Below are positions 59,209 through 64,000 of a DNA stretch of 64,000 bases, piece by piece. Each line of letters begins with the position of its first letter. Positions within the stretch are counted from its first letter, which is position 1. The DNA comes from a virus. The stretch is taken from positions 1 through 64,000 of IMG/VR virus record IMGVR_UViG_3300027769_000875; one strand, given 5' to 3'. The notes below the pieces were generated by a model, which searched no databases, was not told where the DNA came from, and saw only the letters and a list, made by a program, of their open reading frames with translations. Both the position numbers and the translations under genes were made by a program.

Positions 59209-61886
59209 TAATATTCTATTGTAGGGTATTGTAATAAATCTTGTTGGTCAAACTGTTCTTCCCAAATTGATGTTGCATTTTGGAAGTTAGTCCATGTTGC
59301 ATTAACCATTTCAGATATTTGTAAAAACTGAGATGGATCATTAGGATCAACCTGAAAGAATCTACTCGTACCTTCCTTTACACCTTTCTGTGGATTTAAC
59401 ATAGTAAAGTCAATGTTTACACCATACTGTCCATTATTGTTTCTTACACCAGCTGCAGTAAAGTCAAATCCAGTTGCTGTCATGCTTGCTGGAGCTTGAA
59501 CTCTTGCCATTGGGTTTCTTGCAAAGTTTTCCATAATACCATAAGAGTCAGCGACAATTGAGTTATTAGGAAGATAATTTTTAAAGCGTGTCAATGGACT
59601 ATTCTGTACGTATGAATATGGTAATTTTACACGTATTGTTTCTCCTGCTTGCAGCTTCATTGATTTTGCTTCACCACTGTCTGGATTAACTTTTAAATCA
59701 ACATAAACACTTTTACCGCCAGGATCAAAACTTGCTATAAAAGATTCTCCAAATAGTTTAACCTGACTAGCATATGGAAGATTTCCAATTGTTGATGGAT
59801 CAATTTTTTCACCATTTGATCTTGTGATAACAATATTTTTATCTGCTTTATTAAAAAACTGATAAAACTCTTCAGGTTGAGGTTTGGTCATGCTATATGT
59901 TGCTCCTACAGGGTTTGCACGATTATTAAACTCAGTACCAACAACTGTACTTAAATGCTTACGTTTTGCTTCTGACAAACCAGATAAGTCAAATATTGGA
60001 GTACCATCAGACATTCGCGATACAATTTTTGCACCTTCATAATCTGATTTTATCTTTCCTGATTTAAAGTCATATACCTTAGATGCAACTTCTCTATAAC
60101 TTTTATCAAGTTCCTTTTGCTCTTGCAATATGCCTTTCATTGATGTAATTGTACCCTCAAATGATTGAGCATATTTTCTACCTTCAGACGCTTTACCATT
60201 ATCTGAATACCACTGCAAAACTTCAGTTGCTTTATTATAAGTGTTTGATGCAAGGGTTTGTATTAACGCATCAGCACTTGATGCATTAGTTACACTAATA
60301 CCACGTCTATAACCTACAAGACTTCCATACTCTTTTAATAATTGTGTATCTTGTTCAGTGAGTTTTGCACCATTACCTTGAGCAATTCCTTGAACCTTTG
60401 ATAGTACTTGGTAATATTTAGAATGATCTCTATTTTTACCAATAACCATATTCATTAAACCATTCTGTGCACCAAACGCATTATTAAATAGTTCAGTTTT
60501 ATTTTTAGTATTTGCTGTTTTTAGAACATCAACACCTGTACTACCTGTACCAACATAATCACCAACATAAGTTTCATTAGGAAGTTTACCTTCTGCTTTG
60601 AGTTTCATCATTTCAATCTCATTGGTATTTTGCATTTTAAGCATTTCCATTTGTTGATTATCTTGATGTATTTTCCAATTTTGCGCAAGAGTAGCAGCAT
60701 GTCTTGCATTGGCTGCAGCTCTATCAAAATCAGCGATTACCTTTTGATCTGGTTTTACATCTACCTCAGCAGTAGCTTGAGCAGTACTTACACCCCAAAC
60801 TGTAGCTGCATTTTTCTTTGCTTGTCCAGAAAGTATTCCATATAAATTAGAAACAGTATAATTCTCAGGATCCTCTTCTATCTTTTTAATTTCACCTTCT
60901 GATTGAGTTTTAGATGAATTTAATTCATAACGTAATTGTAAAAGTTTTTCATACTTTTGGAGTACATCTGCTTTACCAGATGGAATACCTTGAGGATACA
61001 AATCTTTTATAGTTTGAATTTGTTGATCAACACTTGTCAGGTTAGTAGCAGTTTCTTCAACGTCAACTTGTTGAGATTTCATATAATCTCCTGATATAGT
61101 TTTTGCAACCTGTTGCGTGGCTTGTTCTCTTGACATTCCTTGACTTATCAAATCACGTATTTGATTTTCAGCTGTCACACGTCCAATAACTCCAAACTGT
61201 CTGTCAAAACGATTACCCATTGTCATTGCAGCCCAGTTACTAAAAGGAACTTCAGCATACTTACCATTGGTATATGTCATAATGTATCCTTTTCCATCTG
61301 GACTTGCAAACTTTACTTGAAGTTTTGCTTCCTTTGCTGCACCTGATAGATATTCATTGATGTCTTCAAATGGTGTAAAGTCACGTGGCTGTACAGATGT
61401 TATAGAACCATCACCACGTTTTGCTTTACGCAAATCATCCTCAGCAAACATTAAATCAAGTTTTGAATAGTCACTATATTGAGCACGTACTTTTGCATCA
61501 GTGCTGTTTTTATAACTGTCCATTAACGATTTTTGATTACCCTCATACTTAGTAAAGTACATATCATACGCAATCTCTTTATCATCAGTAATTGGATCTA
61601 GTAAAGATTGTGCACGCATAACATTTGATGGATCAGATAAATCTAATGCAGAAACATTACGAAGACTTCCTTGAATTTTTTCAAACATGTCTTGTCTAAA
61701 TTTCTGATTATCACCATTTGTCAATGGACTATTTAATACAGAATTATATAAACTCTTAACCTGATTAAATCCTTTATCAAAACGTGCTTGGGTTACACCA
61801 TAAACCTGAGATAAAAAGGACCAATCAGGAGACCATGGTTTTACCTCTGCTATTGGATTTGCATCACCTGGAACAAAATTTGCCAT
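59208..61886 (-). CDS. Large virion/ejection protein (892 aa)
   Basis: PW.PDWSFL start, helical, coupled to the next gene. Confidence 0.68.
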   Translation of the reverse strand: MANFVPGDANPIAEVKPWSPDWSFLSQVYGVTQARFDKGFNQVKSLYNSVLNSPLTNGDNQKFRQDMFEKIQGSLRNVSALDLSDPSNVMRAQSLLDPITDDKEIAYDMYFTKYEGNQKSLMDSYKNSTDAKVRAQYSDYSKLDLMFAEDDLRKAKRGDGSITSVQPRDFTPFEDINEYLSGAAKEAKLQVKFASPDGKGYIMTYTNGKYAEVPFSNWAAMTMGNRFDRQFGVIGRVTAENQIRDLISQGMSREQATQQVAKTISGDYMKSQQVDVEETATNLTSVDQQIQTIKDLYPQGIPSGKADVLQKYEKLLQLRYELNSSKTQSEGEIKKIEEDPENYTVSNLYGILSGQAKKNAATVWGVSTAQATAEVDVKPDQKVIADFDRAAANARHAATLAQNWKIHQDNQQMEMLKMQNTNEIEMMKLKAEGKLPNETYVGDYVGTGSTGVDVLKTANTKNKTELFNNAFGAQNGLMNMVIGKNRDHSKYYQVLSKVQGIAQGNGAKLTEQDTQLLKEYGSLVGYRRGISVTNASSADALIQTLASNTYNKATEVLQWYSDNGKASEGRKYAQSFEGTITSMKGILQEQKELDKSYREVASKVYDFKSGKIKSDYEGAKIVSRMSDGTPIFDLSGLSEAKRKHLSTVVGTEFNNRANPVGATYSMTKPQPEEFYQFFNKADKNIVITRSNGEKIDPSTIGNLPYASQVKLFGESFIASFDPGGKSVYVDLKVNPDSGEAKSMKLQAGETIRVKLPYSYVQNSPLTRFKNYLPNNSIVADSYGIMENFARNPMARVQAPASMTATGFDFTAAGVRNNNGQYGVNIDFTMLNPQKGVKEGTSRFFQVDPNDPSQFLQISEMVNATWTNFQNATSIWEEQFDQQDLLQYPTIEY

Positions 61887-61895
61887 AATTTTTAA

Positions 61896-63998
61896 TTAGT
61901 ATATGTCATCAAAATAAACTCCTCCAAATTCCATAGAGCCTGGAGCTGTGTACATTGTTCCTCCAAATCTTTGTTGAATAAAGTTTTGACCGTACATCTG
62001 TTGTTGTGTTTTTGTTTGTGCATTTGCTCTATTCATGTTTTGAGAAATACAAGCCTTCTGCATATTAGATGCATATTCTTCTTTAGCATCTTGAGGCATT
62101 GTTGTATCATTCTTTACTTGAGCGTATGCATCAGCATATGCTTTTGAACAATCCGCTTGTGTTGTTGCAGCAGTACCTGGAGAAACACTTGTATCAACTG
62201 CAGCTAATGGATCTTTTCCAGCACCTGACCATGCAAATGTAGGAGAAAGACGTTGTGCATGCCATGCATTTGGATACATAACTCTTAAAGAATTGTCTTT
62301 TTGAACATTGCCCCAACCTGTACCAAAAAGCATTGCACCTTGTGCATCTTTCTTATTACGTTGTCCAGCAAGCTCTTCAACATATGTCGCATACTCATTG
62401 TCAAACTTACCACGTAACATTGTATTTTTGTAATCAACATCAGTATTAAGTTGCCCTATTGTTTGAAGATAAGGATTGACAATTTTAGTTGTGTTACCTT
62501 CTTCAACATCAGCAATGTCTCTTGACAATTGTTCAAACCCTTGGTTTGCACCTGCAGTAAATGCTGTTTGAGCATCCATAGTATTCATTGCCAAATCCTG
62601 ACTTTGTTTTACTAATCCTGTAGTACCAGCAATTCTGGTAATTGGATTAATTGTATCATACCCACTATAAGCAGCATTCATTTGTCTTAACACAGGTGGT
62701 GTGTTAGGAATTATTTGACGCTCATTGGTCATGTAATTTACAATATCTGGAGCAAACCATGTGTCTGGTTGCGGTGGCTGCTTGGTTGGTGGTGGTATTT
62801 TTGTTGGTGTACCACAATTCTTAGTAGCATCGTCAGCAGTTTCATACTGAGTAGCCTTGGTAACTGTTTTACCATTTATCTCACCACTTGGTGCAACAGG
62901 TTGTTCACCTTCTTTGTAAGTAACCGTTTTAGTTTCTTTTGTACCATCAGAATACTCAACACAATAAAATGTATTTTTTTCACCTGGTTTTGTTTCAGGT
63001 GGAGGTGGATTCAGATTATAACCAAGTCTTTCCTCTAATGTTGTGTTAGTACTGTACCTGTCAATTCCAGATACTTGACCTTGAATATCAAATACAGTTT
63101 CATCATTTACACCAGTTTGTTTATGACTAGCTAGTCCTTGAAAATCTGGATTATTTAAAAGAGCACGTCTATAAGAAATGTATGTACCTTGTCCTAATTC
63201 ATTTTTAGAAAAATCAATGTCACTAAGATTTACCTTACCATCTTTAGCTTGATTATCTACGATAATTTGTCTGGCTTCTTTGTTTACGTAATTACCTTGA
63301 TAATCAGAAAGTGTTGGATCTCCTTTTGCAGCAACATTCTGACCAGCTTTAAAGTTAGGATCTGACCATGGACCTGTTCCTGATGTTCTATCACCATAAC
63401 CAAACGCTGCCATTCTTGCATTATTCTCTTCAAATTGCATCATTGTATTAATGATTTTTTCAGGATCTGCTGCAAGTGCTTTTACGTCTGCGCCATATAA
63501 ATCTGAAAACTTTTTTCTTGTGTTTCTGTCTTTACCAGTGTACATTCGTAGCTCTGGATCTGCGACATCTGCTTTATACTGAGTTACAATAGCATCTCTA
63601 AATTTAGTATTTAATCGTATTTGATTATTTGCATTCTTAAAGTCAAGATATGCTTGTGTATTACCATTCCATCTTGATTCAATTTCCTTTTTCTCAGAAG
63701 CATTGAGATTGTCTGCTTTTATCCAGTCATAAGAACTACGAGTTATTTCTACTCCTGCAGGAATAGCTTCTTTAGTTGTTTCATTTCTTCTAACAATGAC
63801 ATTACCAGTGGCTTGATCTTCTAAAACTTGTACTACAGTATTATGATTTGGATCACCATCACTACCTTTATAAGTTATTGTATAAGCATTCATTGGTTTA
63901 CCACCATTTTTGTTTGGATCAGTTACCACTTTTACCTCACTCGTAACTGGTTCTCCTCCACCACTTGTTCCACCACCTGGATATTTAGGTAAAACAGA
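61896..63998 (-). CDS. Large virion protein (5' end outside window)
   Basis: Frame stays open to the window edge (SVLPKYPGGG...); C-terminal RFGG/MEFGG motifs. Confidence 0.7.
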   Translation of the reverse strand, partial: SVLPKYPGGGTSGGGEPVTSEVKVVTDPNKNGGKPMNAYTITYKGSDGDPNHNTVVQVLEDQATGNVIVRRNETTKEAIPAGVEITRSSYDWIKADNLNASEKKEIESRWNGNTQAYLDFKNANNQIRLNTKFRDAIVTQYKADVADPELRMYTGKDRNTRKKFSDLYGADVKALAADPEKIINTMMQFEENNARMAAFGYGDRTSGTGPWSDPNFKAGQNVAAKGDPTLSDYQGNYVNKEARQIIVDNQAKDGKVNLSDIDFSKNELGQGTYISYRRALLNNPDFQGLASHKQTGVNDETVFDIQGQVSGIDRYSTNTTLEERLGYNLNPPPPETKPGEKNTFYCVEYSDGTKETKTVTYKEGEQPVAPSGEINGKTVTKATQYETADDATKNCGTPTKIPPPTKQPPQPDTWFAPDIVNYMTNERQIIPNTPPVLRQMNAAYSGYDTINPITRIAGTTGLVKQSQDLAMNTMDAQTAFTAGANQGFEQLSRDIADVEEGNTTKIVNPYLQTIGQLNTDVDYKNTMLRGKFDNEYATYVEELAGQRNKKDAQGAMLFGTGWGNVQKDNSLRVMYPNAWHAQRLSPTFAWSGAGKDPLAAVDTSVSPGTAATTQADCSKAYADAYAQVKNDTTMPQDAKEEYASNMQKACISQNMNRANAQTKTQQQMYGQNFIQQRFGGTMYTAPGSMEFGGVYFDDIY

Positions 63999-64000
63999 AC

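Noticed and set aside
34944-63038. Numerous short + strand and alternative-frame ORFs within the giant genes
   Set aside because: They are antisense or frame shadows of long coding sequences, with no motifs.
1-64000. Stop-codon reassignment as in some crAss-like phages
   Set aside because: Standard-code ORFs are long and tile the window; TAA, TAG and TGA all end genes.

Overview
This AT-rich window is part of a lytic dsDNA phage genome, most likely crAss-like (Crassvirales or a close relative such as the phi14:2 group) infecting Bacteroidota. Three features support this: a 4004-aa virion RNA polymerase (DFDID catalytic motif) fused to a zincin domain among giant virion proteins, a crAss-type PolB/primase/DnaB replication block, and repeated TAnnTTTG Bacteroidota promoter elements. 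Layout: 1-11.3 kb small early/accessory genes, including a spore-photoproduct-lyase-like enzyme, RlpA, a metallophosphoesterase and a coupled four-gene DUF6915/DUF6878/DUF6745-like operon; 11.3-25.9 kb nucleotide metabolism and replication; 26-27.9 kb minus-strand lysis cassette; 28-31.3 kb class II RNR and neighbours; 31.3-64 kb minus-strand tail-fibre and giant virion/ejection proteins. The most notable signals are three. (1) Four consecutive virion proteins (about 8,100 aa in total) carry Cys only at their extreme ends, in a head-to-tail pattern suggesting a gene-order disulfide chain. (2) A roughly 340-nt highly structured intergenic RNA candidate lies at 5481-5825. (3) An array of nested palindromes lies at 3432-3670. 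All family assignments come from motif recognition by eye; no database searches were run.
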